Positions 53,344-64,000 are shown, numbered from the stretch's first letter. The stretch is 64,000 nt of DNA from Acidobacteriota bacterium (GCA_963666215.2 CAXWPL010000002.1:576001-640000); one strand, 5' to 3'. Translations and numbers: made by a program. The notes: a model not told the origin generated them from the sequence alone.

Positions 53344-53670
53344 ATGCCGCGTGAAAGTCTCGGAGAGCTTGAACACCGAGTACTGCTCGCGATCCTGCGT
53401 CTTGGAGGCGAGGCGTACAGCCTTCCTGTCGTCATCGAGCTGGAAACACGAACGGGGTCGAGGGCGGCCCCCGCGGCGGTGTACATCGCCCTGCGACGGC
53501 TAGAAAAGAAAGGCCTGCTGAGCTCCGATCTGCGGCTCGGGCCGGTGGAAGAGGGCGCGCGGGAGCGACGCTATTTTCGTCTCGAAGAACCTGCTCGAGA
53601 ACGTCTGCGGGACACGCGCCGGGAGCTCTTGGCTCTCTGGGACGGAGTCGCGTCGGAGCTCGATGGATGA
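53344..53670 (+). CDS. PadR family transcriptional regulator (acidobacterial type)
   Basis: LGELEHRVLLAIL, AVYIALRRLEKKGLL, RRYF; precedes an ADOP permease. Confidence 0.88.
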   Translation: MPRESLGELEHRVLLAILRLGGEAYSLPVVIELETRTGSRAAPAAVYIALRRLEKKGLLSSDLRLGPVEEGARERRYFRLEEPARERLRDTRRELLALWDGVASELDG

Positions 53671-56318
53671 CGCGATCCGTGCACGCCAGACCGCCGCGTG
53701 TGGCCCAAGCTCTGCTGGCGCGCTTGCTGCCCGCTGCCGAACGCGCCCACCTGTTGGCGCTTATCGACGATCTGCACGCGCTGCGCCGCGCTTCCGACGG
53801 TGCGTTCCGCGCCGATGCCTGGTACTGCACACAAGCCCTCACGTTCCCCCTGCGAATGATGTTGAGCGCCGTTATCACGCGCCCCTTCCCGACGAGCCGA
53901 GAAACCGTGTCGAAGCTGCTCTATGAACCCGTCACGTCCTCCGCAGATTGATGCGCCAGCCGACGTTCTCGATCGCGACCGTTCTGACGCTAGCGCTCGG
54001 TGTGGGGGCCAACACGGCGATCTACAGCCTTGTGAAGGGGGTTCTGCTCGATCCGCTCCCCTACTCCGACTCCGACCAGCTCGTGGGCCTCTGGCACAGC
54101 GCGCCAGGACTCAATCTCCCGGAGTTCGAACAGTCCGAAGCGACCTACCTCTTCTATCGTGACAACGCTCGGACGCTGCAGTCGGTTGGACTCTACGCAC
54201 AGACTTCGCGAACTCTCACGGGAGAAGCGATTCCCCGGCGCCTGTCAGCGGCCGGCGTAACCGCCACGATGTTCGAGACCCTCGCGGTAGCGCCGGTCTT
54301 GGGGCGTTCTTTCCATCCGCAGGAGATGCTCCCCGGGGCCGCCCGAGTCGCGTTGGTGAGTTACTCGCTGTGGCAAGGCTCCTATGGCGGCAGCCCGAGC
54401 ATCCTGGGCACCACCACGATGCTCAACGGACAGGCTACCGAGATCATCGGTGTCATTGGCTGACGGCTTCGAGTTCCCGGCTCCTGAGATCGAGCTGTGG
54501 CTGCCTCTGCGCTTCGATCCGGCGGCTCCGGCGGTGAGCAACTTCTCGATGCGCGCCGTCGCCCGTCTGGCGCCCGGCAGCACCGCGGTCGACGCCAAGC
54601 GAGAGCTCGACACACTGTTGCTCCGGCTGCCCGAGACCTATTCCGACGAACTGGTCAACGCCCAAATGATGCGCGACGCGGAAATGACGACCACCGTCCG
54701 CCCTCTCAAGGCGGACATCGTCGGTGACGTCGGATCGGTACTTTGGATTCTGCTTGGCGCGGTGGGGTTTGTTCTGCTCGTTGCCTGCGCCAACGTGGCG
54801 AATCTATTCCTGGTGAGGGCAGAGTCGCGCGAGCGGGAGATCGCCGTGCGCTGTGCGCTCGGGGCTGGACGCGCGGGCCTCACTCGACTGTTTCTCGCCG
54901 ACGGTCTTGTGGTGGCAGCGATCGGCGGCGTTGCTGGACTCGCGGTCGCCTGGCTGGCGGTCCGCGCCCTCACCTCCACGAACGCCGTAGCCATCCCTCG
55001 CATTGAGGAGGTCGGAATCGACGCGGCGATGATCGTGTTCTGCGGCGGCGTCTCGCTGCTGGCGGCAATCGTCTGCGCAGCCTACCCGATGTGGCGCTAC
55101 AGCGGCCGGCACGCCTATGCCGGTCTGCGCGGAGGCCGTGGCGATACGGCGACTCGCAAGCGCCTCTACGCTCGCAACGCGCTCGTTGTCGCCCAGGTGG
55201 CGATGGCGCTGATGCTGCTCGTCGGATCGGGGTTGATGGCGCGTAGTTTCTGGGGCCTCGCCACCGTCGACCCCGGATTCGTTGACGACAACGTCCTGAC
55301 GATGCGCCTTTCGCCTGTTGGCCCGGCGTACGAGACACAGCTGCAGGTCACTGCGCTCTACGATGCCGTCCTCGCGGGAATCGCGACGCTGCCGGGTGTC
55401 GACACCGTCGGAGCGGTGGACCACCTTCCGATGGCTCACGACGGCAACCGTTCGACGATCTGGTTCGAGGACTTCCCGACCCCCGAGAACGAGCTGCCCG
55501 ACGTCTTTCTGCAACGCTTCGCGACCCCGGGCTACTTCGAGAGCGTCGGCATCCCGATCATCAGAGGGAGAGTGTTCGAGGCGCGCGACCATGGGGAGCG
55601 GATCCCCGTGGCGATCATCAGCCAGGCGGTCGCCGATCGCCTGTGGGCCGAGCGCAACCCAGTTGGCCGTCGCGTGCGTCGCGGGCCGGGCGGCTCCTGG
55701 TACGAGATCGTGGGCGTCGCCGGAGACATCCGCAACGGCGGGCTCGGTCGATCTACTTCGCGATCGATGGGCCAACGGACAGCGGCTATCTTCAGGACTC
55801 CTACGTGCTGACCACGAGGCGACAACGTCCTGACGATGCGCGAGATGATCAGCGGCGTCGACGCAACGCTGCCGCTGACCTCGATCCAGCCGCTCGAGGT
55901 CGTGGTGTCGGCATCGGTGTCACGGATCTCGTTCGCCATGGCGGTGCTGGCGATCGCCGCCGCGATGACACTGCTGCTCGGCGCCATAGGCCTACACGGC
56001 GTCGTTTCCTACGTTGTCGGCCAACGCACGCGCGAGATCGGCGTCCGCATGGCACTCGGCGCTCGAGGCGGCGAGGTGGCGCGCATGGTCGTGCAGCAAG
56101 ATCTGTTGCTGACCGTGGCCGGCGTCGCAATCGGGCTGCTCGGCGCCGCGGTGCTGACCCGCTTCCTGGGCGCACTGCTCTACGAAGTCAGCCCGCTCGA
56201 CCCGGTGGCCTTCGTGGTCACCAGCCTCACCCTGCTGGGCGTTTCGTTCCTCGCCAGCTACCTGCCGGCGCGACGTGCCTCCAGCGTCGATCCGGCGATC
56301 GCGCTGCGGGCGGAGTAG
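53667..56318 (+). pseudogene. ADOP duplicated MacB/FtsX-type ABC permease, broken into four ORFs
   Basis: TLALGVGANTAIYS, VLLVACANVANL, REIAVRCALGAGR, QVAMALMLLVGSGL, RTREIGVRMALGA, PARRASSVDPAIALRAE. Frame changes near 53928, 54458, 55750 and 55825. Confidence 0.85.
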
Positions 56319-56346
56319 AGGTTGCGCTCCGGTTGGATGCGACCCA

Positions 56347-57144
56347 TCACATCATCGATTGGTTGCGACCGCCGTCGATGGCGATCATCGTGCCCGTCAC
56401 GTAGGAGGCCAGCTCCGAGGCCAGGAAAAGCACCGGACCCGCAAACTCCGACGGTTCCGCGATGCGGCGCAACGGGACGCTGGCGCGCCACGCGGCGCGG
56501 ATCTGGTCAACGTCGATGCCGCGGCGCTCGGCCGCGGCGGCGGCGAGCTGATCGAGCCGTTCGGTAGCGGTAAATCCAGGGCCGACGCTGTTAACCAGGA
56601 CGTTGTCGGGGCCGACCTCGTTGGCCAGCGTCTTGGCCCAGCCGATGACCGCGAGTCGGATGCTGTTGGAGAGCAGCAGCGCTTCGACGGGTTGTTTCAC
56701 GGACGTCGACGTCACGTTGATGATGCGGCCCCATCGCTGCTGCCGCATCGCGGGCAGAATGCGACGTGTGGTCTCGACAGCCGACATCAGAGTCAAATCG
56801 ACGGCTCTACGCCAATCGGCCTCCGACAGATCGTCGAACGTGCCCGAGGGCGGGCCACCCGCGTTATTGACGAGGATGTCGATGGCACCGCCTTCGAGGG
56901 CGCTCTGGGTCATCGCCTCGATGTCTGCGACACTCGTCAAGTCGGCGACAAGCGTCACCGGGCGCGAGCCCGTGGCCGACTTCGATTCGATCTTGGCGGC
57001 GGCCGCGTCGAGGCGCTCTTGGCTCCGTGCGGAGATCAGCACCTCGGCGCCGGCCGCCGACAGAGCTTCTGCGACAGCAAGGCCCAGGCCGGCGCTCGCA
57101 CCGCACACCAGAGCTCGACGTCCCGAGAGATCGATCGAGATCAC
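56347..57144 (-). CDS. SDR family oxidoreductase
   Basis: CGASAGLG, NNAGGP, WGRIINVTS, GPGFTATER, ASYVTG...IDGG. Confidence 0.9.
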   Translation of the reverse strand: MISIDLSGRRALVCGASAGLGLAVAEALSAAGAEVLISARSQERLDAAAAKIESKSATGSRPVTLVADLTSVADIEAMTQSALEGGAIDILVNNAGGPPSGTFDDLSEADWRRAVDLTLMSAVETTRRILPAMRQQRWGRIINVTSTSVKQPVEALLLSNSIRLAVIGWAKTLANEVGPDNVLVNSVGPGFTATERLDQLAAAAAERRGIDVDQIRAAWRASVPLRRIAEPSEFAGPVLFLASELASYVTGTMIAIDGGRNQSMM

Positions 57145-57545
57145 CCTTCCTCTCCCGCTCTCGCGTTACCGCGCAAGTAGGCGTCTTCGCCGCTCAGCCA
57201 GTCCTCGCGAGGCGGGCTGAAGCAGTCCATGTCGAGGGTGTTCTCGAGCGCCTCAGCGGCATGTTCGACGTGCGGCGGAATGACCATGATCTCGCCAGCG
57301 TTGACGTCGACCGTGCTGCCATCGCCGAAGGTGAAGCGCAAGCAGCCGCTGACGACGTGAGTGATCTGCTCGTTGTGATGGCTGTGCATGGGTACGAGGC
57401 CGCCCTTCTTGAGGTGGACCTGGGCCCACATCACCTGGCCGCCGGTGACGATCTGGCGACTGATCGTGGGCGACAGCTCCTCCATCGGTACGTCGGACCA
57501 GTTGCGAACCTCTAACACGGGACTCCTCCATTCGATCTGGCTCAC
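57141..57545 (-). CDS. Cupin domain protein
   Basis: PMHSHHNEQ...SG...IPPHVEH...DCFSPPREDW. Confidence 0.88.
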   Translation of the reverse strand: MSQIEWRSPVLEVRNWSDVPMEELSPTISRQIVTGGQVMWAQVHLKKGGLVPMHSHHNEQITHVVSGCLRFTFGDGSTVDVNAGEIMVIPPHVEHAAEALENTLDMDCFSPPREDWLSGEDAYLRGNARAGEEG

Positions 57546-57683
57546 CGCGGGGCGAACGGGGCGACGGCGAAGTCGGGCCGTCCGGTCGAGTCGATCGCGC
57601 TGCGGGCCGAGTTTGCGCTGTGGCTTCGACTCCGCGATCCTACACTCGCTCGCTCATCGACAACGCCAGAGTCGCGAATACGG

Positions 57684-58430
57684 ATGCCAGACGAAGTCGT
57701 CCACCGAGAAAGCGGGCCGCACCCAGCGCTGCTGGTGGCGGCCCTGGTGCTAGCAACAACCATTGCCGTGGTTGCCGCGGAGGGACTCCGCGCCGGGATT
57801 TCACGCACCTCGACCGCACTCTTCTACGGTTCAACAACCGCCATAACCAGCTCTTTCGCCGTATGGACGGCCGCTCAGCTGGGCCTGCCCACTTTTCTTC
57901 TTGTCGCACCCATGTCGTGGCGCCGCCGCTTGCTGCGCTTCTCGAGCTACGGCATCCTCGCCGGCTTACTGATGGCGCTAGCCAGCGCGTTGACCTCCCT
58001 GCCGGTGGCCGACAGCACGCTGCGCCCGTGGTTCATGCGCGGCGTCGACAGCTTCGGCGACGTGGTCGTGCTCTCCACACGCGCAGCGCTGCTCGAAGAG
58101 ACCCTTTTCCGGTTGTTTGCGATTCCATTCCTGGTCTCGGTGCTGATGCGATGGAACCATCAGTGGCGGCCACGGTTCGCTCTACGATTCCGGGACGGCG
58201 AAGCCAAGGCCACCGTGGGAGGCACATCACCGAAGCCCTCCCCCGAGGCGGTGGCTCTGGCCATCGTGGGGTCGGCGCTCCTGTTCGGCCTGTCTCACCC
58301 CTTCAACCCACTGCCTGCCATCCTGTTTGGCCTCGTGCTCGGGGTGTGCTACCTGCGCGGCGGCTGGGAGTCGGCGGTGACGGCACATCTGCTGTCGAAC
58401 TGCATTGTCTTCTCTTCGCTCTATCTGTAG
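57684..58430 (+). CDS. CPBP (CAAX/Abi) family intramembrane metalloprotease
   Basis: EETLFR, FGLSH and AHLLSN motifs; multiple TM helices. Confidence 0.8.
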   Translation: MPDEVVHRESGPHPALLVAALVLATTIAVVAAEGLRAGISRTSTALFYGSTTAITSSFAVWTAAQLGLPTFLLVAPMSWRRRLLRFSSYGILAGLLMALASALTSLPVADSTLRPWFMRGVDSFGDVVVLSTRAALLEETLFRLFAIPFLVSVLMRWNHQWRPRFALRFRDGEAKATVGGTSPKPSPEAVALAIVGSALLFGLSHPFNPLPAILFGLVLGVCYLRGGWESAVTAHLLSNCIVFSSLYL

Positions 58431-58449
58431 CCGTGGCGCCGACGGAATG

Positions 58450-58505
58450 TGAAACTCCCCGAAGTGGCTCCGAAAGCCGAGAAACCTCGGCGCCTGGCGC
58501 CCGTA
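58450..58505 (+). promoter_or_regulatory. ECF sigma (SigW-like) promoter(s)
   Basis: GAAAC(58481-85)-N16-CGTA(58502-05); a second TGAAAC-N15-CGAA at 58450-58474. Confidence 0.55.
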
Positions 58506-58545
58506 TAGAGTTGAAGTCAGCTGCTACCGATCCTTACCCGCGGAG

Positions 58546-58875
58546 ATGCCCGTGCTCGAGTTCGCTGCGTTGTTCTTCGGCTTGACGATCGCGGCCGTCG
58601 TTTTGAGCATCGTCGCCGTGGTGGGGCTGGTGTTGTTCGCAGTGGTCGCGTTGCCGCTCTACCTGCTCGGCAAGGTCGTCGGGTTCGGGCTCAAGGCGGC
58701 GTTCGGAGTGTTCGGCTTGATCGGCCTGATGCTGGGCGGCTTGCTTCTGCTGCCGGTGATGCTGCTCGTGGGTGGTCTCTTGCTGCTGAAGTTCCTAGTG
58801 ATTGGGCTTCCGCTGCTGATCGTCGGCCTGCTCATTTGGGCCATGGTGTCGGTGCTGCGCCCCGCATTCGCCTAG
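58546..58875 (+). CDS. Small highly hydrophobic membrane protein
   Basis: 109 aa, almost all Leu/Val/Gly/Ala/Phe; GGAG immediately before the ATG; ECF-like promoter upstream. Confidence 0.7.
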   Translation: MPVLEFAALFFGLTIAAVVLSIVAVVGLVLFAVVALPLYLLGKVVGFGLKAAFGVFGLIGLMLGGLLLLPVMLLVGGLLLLKFLVIGLPLLIVGLLIWAMVSVLRPAFA

Positions 58876-58989
58876 CCCGTCGAATCCGTCGAGTCCGCCC
58901 GAATCGTCAACTCGGCACATCATCCGGTCGCGCGACGGGGACGTTCCAGACGCGCGGAGGCGAGCCTTCCAACCCATACCGCGGCCTGC

Positions 58990-59092
58990 GCGGTGCCCGC
59001 TGCCCCTCGCCCCCTCCGACATCCGCATGACGACACCGATGGCTCGGTTCCCAGCAGTCGGCTCGTGAACAACCTCTTCAGAGCTCACCACC
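58990..59092 (+). mobile_element. Degenerate IS481-like end (remnant)
   Basis: catccgcatgacgacaccgatggctcggttcccagcagtcggctcgtgaacaacctcttcagagctcac aligns by eye with the reverse complement of 50524-50600 (catcggcatgacaccgccgatcgctcggctctcaggggtgagttcgtgaacaacctacctagaactcac). Confidence 0.7.
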
Positions 59093-59099
59093 AGGCGGC

Positions 59100-60083
59100 T
59101 TATCCGACCAGCGATTCGAGCGCCCGCCTCACGGTCACCGCTGTGATCTGCTTGCGCCAGTACAGAGTCAGGTCGGCGTTGTCGAGCGGCGTGGCGTGAC
59201 GCTGGGCAGCTTCCGCAACGGCTTGTAGACGTTCGGCGGTGGGCTCGTGTCCGACGAGATCCGTGGCCTCGGTGACGACGACCGGGTGTGTATGGACGGC
59301 ACCCAGCACCAACGACGCCCCGGCGACGCGGTTTCCCTGCATGCGAATCGCTGCCGCCACGCCGAGAATGGGAAAGTCGAAGCTGCCTCTGCGGCGGATC
59401 TTGACGTACGTGCTGCGCAATCCCTCAATACGGGGCACGCGCACCTGCGAGAGCAGCTCGTCGGGCCGGCGACGCATGTAGTTGATGCCGTCGTCACGGT
59501 ACAGGTCGGCCACCGCGACGTCGCGCGAGCCTGCCGGGCCAACCAGTCGCACGCTGGCGCCGAGGGCGATAAGCGCCGGCGCCGTGTCGCTCGAGGAGAT
59601 CGCCCAGCACTTCGAGCTGCCGGGCGCCACCAGGCAGATATCGCCGTCCTTCTTAATGCAGAAGCCGATCGACTTCCGCCACTCGAAGGTCTGGTTGTAG
59701 TAGTTGCAACGCGTGTCAACACACAGGTTGCCGCCCAGCGTCGCCATCCGCTGGATTTTCGGGGTCGCGACCTGGCGGCAGGCCTCAACCAGAGCCGTGT
59801 GCTCGGTGGCCAGGCGAGGCTGCCGGGCGATCTGGTAGAGCGTCGCGCCACTGCCGAGAATCGCCGTTCGGTTGCTGTTGGTGATCGTTCTCATCTCGTC
59901 GATTCGCCGAATGCCTACGAGCACGGCAGGTTCGAACTGGCGGCGTTTCATGTTGGGCAGCAGGTCCGTGCCGCCGGCGACGAACATCGCTTCGTCGCCG
60001 CTCGCACTCGCGCTGCCGAACAGGTCGACAGCTTCGACGACGGTGCGCGCGGGCCGAAAAACAAACGGTGGCAGGCGCAGCAT
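59100..60083 (-). CDS. hcrB: FAD subunit of a xanthine-dehydrogenase-family enzyme, HcrB-like (4Fe-4S insertion)
   Basis: MLRLPPF, AGGTDLLPNMK, ATLGGNLCVDTRCNYYNQ...WR...FCIKKDGDIC...KCWA..SSD, RRGSFDFP. Confidence 0.75.
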   Translation of the reverse strand: MLRLPPFVFRPARTVVEAVDLFGSASASGDEAMFVAGGTDLLPNMKRRQFEPAVLVGIRRIDEMRTITNSNRTAILGSGATLYQIARQPRLATEHTALVEACRQVATPKIQRMATLGGNLCVDTRCNYYNQTFEWRKSIGFCIKKDGDICLVAPGSSKCWAISSSDTAPALIALGASVRLVGPAGSRDVAVADLYRDDGINYMRRRPDELLSQVRVPRIEGLRSTYVKIRRRGSFDFPILGVAAAIRMQGNRVAGASLVLGAVHTHPVVVTEATDLVGHEPTAERLQAVAEAAQRHATPLDNADLTLYWRKQITAVTVRRALESLVG

Positions 60084-62571
60084 CAGGGGCTCTCCCGATG
60101 TTCGCAGTTGGGCGAACCCTTGGCGCTGCCCGGTGGCTCCGCATCGACTCGACGGATCGTGGGCACGTACGCCTCCGGCGGCTGGTCGTACCACACCGGA
60201 TCAACGCGGATCGGATCGGGCCAGATCACGTTGGGCACCCTGTTGGGTCCGACCCGCGACTCCTTACCGGCGGCCTTACGCTCGAGACCGCGGAGCACCT
60301 TATCGGGCGTGATCGGCAGCTCGTCGATTCGGATCCCGACGGCGTCATAGATCGCATTGGCGACGGCCGGAGGCACGGGAAGCAACGGACCCTGGCCGCA
60401 CTCCTTCGCGCCGAAGGGCCCCTCACCATCGAGACTCTCGACGAGGATTGTTTCCACCGGCGGCATCTCGAGAAAAGTCGGGCTCTTGTACTCCAGCATC
60501 GAGGGGAACTTGTGGAGCCCTTTCCTGTAGGTCTGCTCCTCGAGGAAAATCTCGCCCAGCGCCATGTAGACGGATCCTTCGACCTGCCCTTCAACCAACA
60601 CCGGATTGATGGCGCGCCCACAGTCGTGAGCGATCCAGATTCGCTGCGGCGTCACGATGCCGGTTTCGACATCGACATCCACTTGGGCCGCTGCACACGA
60701 ATACGAGTAGGCGGGCGAAGGGCCGACGCCGGAGCCCTTGTAGGGGCCAGCCAACCGATTCGGACGGTAGAAACCCGTGGACGAGAGCTGGCCGCCACGC
60801 GCTTCGGCCAACGGCACCGCTTCGCGAAAGCTCATTGACTTGCCGGTGCGGGCGTGCACGATCATGCCGTGCGCGGCCGCGAGCTCCTCGGGCGAAACCT
60901 CCAGCTTGTTCCCAGCGGCCTCGAGAATGCGCTCGCGCAGTTTCTCGGCAGCCTGCTTGGCGGCGTTGCCCATCATGAACGTTACCCGACTCGAGTAGGA
61001 GCCCAGGTCGATCGGCGTGGTGTCGGTATCCGCGGTAACAAGTTGAATCTCGTCGGCCTCGATACCCAGCACCTCGGCGACGGTCATCGCCAGCACCGAA
61101 TCAGAGCCCTGCCCGATGTCGATCTCCATGCATTTGGCGCACACTCCACCGCCTCGGTCGATCTTCAGGTCGACCGAGGTGTGTGGCATGTCGTTCCAGT
61201 AGATCGGCAGGCCGGCGCCCGAAAGGTACGAACCGCAACCCATGCCGATCCCCTGCCCGTACGGCAGCTGCCGACGCTTGCTGGCGAAGTCGGACGCGTC
61301 GCCCACCGCTGTCAGGCATTCATCGAGACCGCACGAGGTGACGCGCATGTGATTGACGGTCATCGAGTACTCGTCGACCAGGATCGAGCGCCGATACTGC
61401 AGTGGGTCGAGGTCGAGTTGCTCGGCGATACGGTCGAGATGAATCTCGAGCGCGTAGCGCGGCTGTGGCGTGCCATGGCCCCGCTTCGGTCCGCACGGCG
61501 CCTTGTTGGTGAAGACGCGCAGTCCGCGGAAGCGATACGTCGGAATCTTGTAGGTGACGGTTTGCAGTGCACCCGTGTAGTAGGTGCTGGCAACGCCGTA
61601 GCTGCCGTACGCCCCGCCATCGACGAACGACTGGAAGTCGAGGCCCAAGATCTTGCCGTCGTCGTCGACGCCGGTCTTGACCCACATGAGCACCGGATGA
61701 CGACCGCGGTGCATGTAGAAGATCTCTTCGCGCGTGAGCGTGATCTTCACCGGACGACGGCACATCATCGACAACTTCGCGGCGCAGAACTCGTGCGGGA
61801 AGGGGTCAGACTTGCCGCGGGAAGGGGTCAGAAAGCCACCGCCGTTCGGCGTGGCGATGACGCGGATGCGCGAGGTTGGCAGCTCGAGCACCTTGGCCAT
61901 CGCCTTGTGTACGTAGTGCGGTGTTTGGGTCGACGACCACAGCGTCAACTTGCCGTCGGCGCCGTAGTGGGCGAGCGCGGCGTGCTGCTCGAGCGCCAGA
62001 TGTGTGTTGCCCTCGTAGAAGTACATCCCCTCGAGGACGTGAGGTGCCGCCTCGATGGCGGCATCGACGTCGCCGAACTCGAGGTGCACCTGCTTGTGCA
62101 CGTTGCCCGCGGCCTCAAGAGCGCCGTAGTCATGGATGCGGTCGGCCTCTTCGACCGGGCGCAGCGCTTCGTCGATCGACATTGCTGTTGGCAGCTCCTC
62201 GTAGTCGACCTCGATGAGCTGCAGCGCCGCCTCGCAGATGAACTCGTCGGTGGCCGCTACAACGGCGATGGGATCGCCAACGAACCGAACCTTGTCGATC
62301 TCGAGCGGGAACTCGTCTTCGCTCACCGGCAAGATGCCGTACTTGTGCGGCAGGTCGATACCCGTGATGACGGCCTTGACGCCAGGCAGAGCCTCCGCTC
62401 GACTCGTGTCAATGCGTTTGATCCGCGCGTGCGGGCGATGGCTGCAGAGCAAGCGCCCGTACAGCATCTGCGGCAGCTGCATGTCGTCGGCGAAGAGGGT
62501 TCGCCCGTTGTCTTTCCGAGTCCGTCGACCTTGGGCAACGGCTGGCCGACAACCGAGAGCTTCTCAGCCAT
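60083..62571 (-). CDS. hcrA: Molybdopterin-binding subunit, HcrA-like; frameshift near 62500
   Basis: VVGQPLPKVDG, PHARI, STQTPH, GGF..GK, DGGAYGSYG, RGHG, IGQGS, YSSRVT, GQVEG, GAKECGQ. Confidence 0.72.
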
Positions 62572-63195
62572 CGCTGACGCCCTCCGTTTCGCCCGTCTGC
62601 AAGTTCTGCCGGATCTCTCTGGGCGTTCCGCGCTTGCCTTCGATCGGAATCAACTCGGCCTCGTCCGGCGGCGCTGCGGCACGACGGCGTTGACGATGGG
62701 TCGCGTTTTCCTCACCGGCCGACCGACGGGTCTCGATGCGATCTGCCGCAAGCTCGACCGCCTCCAGGATCTTGATGTAGCCCGTGCAGCGGCACAGGTT
62801 GCCGGCCAGCCATGCCGACGTCTCGGACTGTGTGGGTCGCGGGTTCTCGGCGAGCAACGCTTTTGACGCCATCAGGATGCCCGGCGTGCAGTAGCCGCAC
62901 TGCGCCGCGCCGAGCTCGGCGAAGGCGATCTGCAGCTCGTGGTGCCCTGCTGCACCGCGGAGACCTTCGACAGTCTCGATAGCGGCGCCCTGAACGTCGA
63001 GCGCCAGTGCCAAACACGACAGCACAGGCTCGTCGTCGATCAGCACGGTGCAGGTTCCACACTCGCCGAGCTCGCAGCCGTGCTCGTGCCGGTCAGGGCG
63101 AGGTCTTCGCGCAGAACCTCGAGCAGCGTCTTCTGCGGCTGCACAAGGAGCTCGTGCGCTTCGCCGTTGACCTTCAGAGCCACGTGGGCCTTCAA
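62564..63195 (-). CDS. hcrC: 2x[2Fe-2S] subunit, HcrC/CoxS-like; frameshift near 63085
   Basis: TTG start LKAHVALKVNGE...TLLEVLREDLALTGT, then HGCELGECGTCTV, QCGYCTPG, GNLCRCTGY. Confidence 0.78.
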
Positions 63196-64000
63196 GTTGT
63201 AGCTCCGGCATCGTCGGTGGTGACACCAAAACGGGGCGCCCGGCGCTCGCGAAATGCGCGCAGGCCCTCGGCCAGGTCGTCGCTCACGAACAGATCTTCC
63301 TGAGCCTCAGTCTCCGCTGCAAGGCTGGCCTCGAGTGAGCCCGTGAGTCCCTTGCGCAGGAGTCGTTTGGTTTCGCGAACCGTATCGCGCGGCGCTCCGT
63401 AGGCCAGCGCGATCTCGGTGGCTCGGCCGAGGAGATCTTCGGCTTTGACCACCTCGTGGACGAGTCCTATTCCCCGCGCTTCGTCGGCGTCGACGCGGCG
63501 CGCCGAGAGGGTCAGGTCGAGGGCCCGCGCGTACCCCAGCAGGCGTGGCAGCCAGTGGCTGGCGCCCCAATCGGGCGCCAGACCGATGCGTGACCAGCTC
63601 GCCGTGAAGCTCGCCTCTCGCGACGCGATGCGAATGTCGCAGCCGAGCGCCAGCCCCAGACCTGCCCCGGCAGCGACGCCGTTAACCGCGGCCACCGTCA
63701 GTCCCGGAAAAGCTTGCAAAGCGAGAACCACGTCGGCTCCCGCGTGCAAGAGCTGTCGAAAGCCCGCTTCATTGTCGTGGCTGCGCAGGTCGGCCATGCG
63801 ATCCAGGTCACCACCGGCGCAGAAGCCCTTCCCTGCGCCGGTGATGATCAGTGGCCCGATCTCGGGCCGCGCCGCCGCCTCGGCGATGCCGGCGCTGAGC
63901 TGCTCTCGCATGGACCCGGCCAGAGCATTGAGGCGGGCCGGACGACAGAGCGTCACGTACGCCAGCCCCTTGTCGAAGCGCAGCTCAACGGAGCCTTCAG
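63192..64000 (-). CDS. Enoyl-CoA hydratase/isomerase family protein (5' end lies outside the window)
   Basis: RPARLNAL, FCAGGDL, VNGVAAGAG, LGCDIRIA, GLAPDWG, EGLRAFRERRAPRF. Confidence 0.9.
   Translation of the reverse strand, partial: EGSVELRFDKGLAYVTLCRPARLNALAGSMREQLSAGIAEAAARPEIGPLIITGAGKGFCAGGDLDRMADLRSHDNEAGFRQLLHAGADVVLALQAFPGLTVAAVNGVAAGAGLGLALGCDIRIASREASFTASWSRIGLAPDWGASHWLPRLLGYARALDLTLSARRVDADEARGIGLVHEVVKAEDLLGRATEIALAYGAPRDTVRETKRLLRKGLTGSLEASLAAETEAQEDLFVSDDLAEGLRAFRERRAPRFGVTTDDAGATT

Noticed and set aside
60854-62866. 670-aa plus-strand ORF (likewise 30528..31886, 34968..36281, 2493..3563)
   Set aside because: Antisense shadows of well-supported genes.

Overview
High-GC chromosomal segment, probably from an Acidobacteriota genome: it carries an acidobacterial-type PadR with an ADOP permease and an acidobacterial-type VWA domain (inference from family recognition, no search run). 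Most genes are housekeeping: LemA/DUF2207, a UvrD/PcrA-like helicase, SppA, GreA, FixCX, ParAB, MiaB, Lon, a DnaJ-like protein, ClpB, Nth, TrmI-TtuB-TtuA, MoeA, QueG, GlnA and an hcrCAB-like molybdoenzyme. Mobile DNA comprises an IS256 element splitting an HD-domain gene, an intact-looking IS481 upstream of glnA and a degenerate IS481 end. The most notable signals are four. (1) A LexA-like repressor lacks its cleavage site and catalytic Ser/Lys, has a 26-bp GAAC-N4-GTTC palindrome over its promoter, and is coupled to clpB-dnaJ(-lon). (2) A divergent ParB is followed by two copies of a non-canonical 16-bp palindrome, TGTCGGCGYGCCGACA (candidate new parS). (3) A trmI-ttuB-ttuA operon encodes a ubiquitin-like TtuB with a 32-aa extension after GG. 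(4) An HcrA-like subunit has Gln at the usual catalytic Glu position. Many frameshifts, displaced duplications and a rarA/phosphatase junction suggest consensus or assembly errors, so pseudogene calls are provisional. No rRNA, complete tRNA or CRISPR array was seen.
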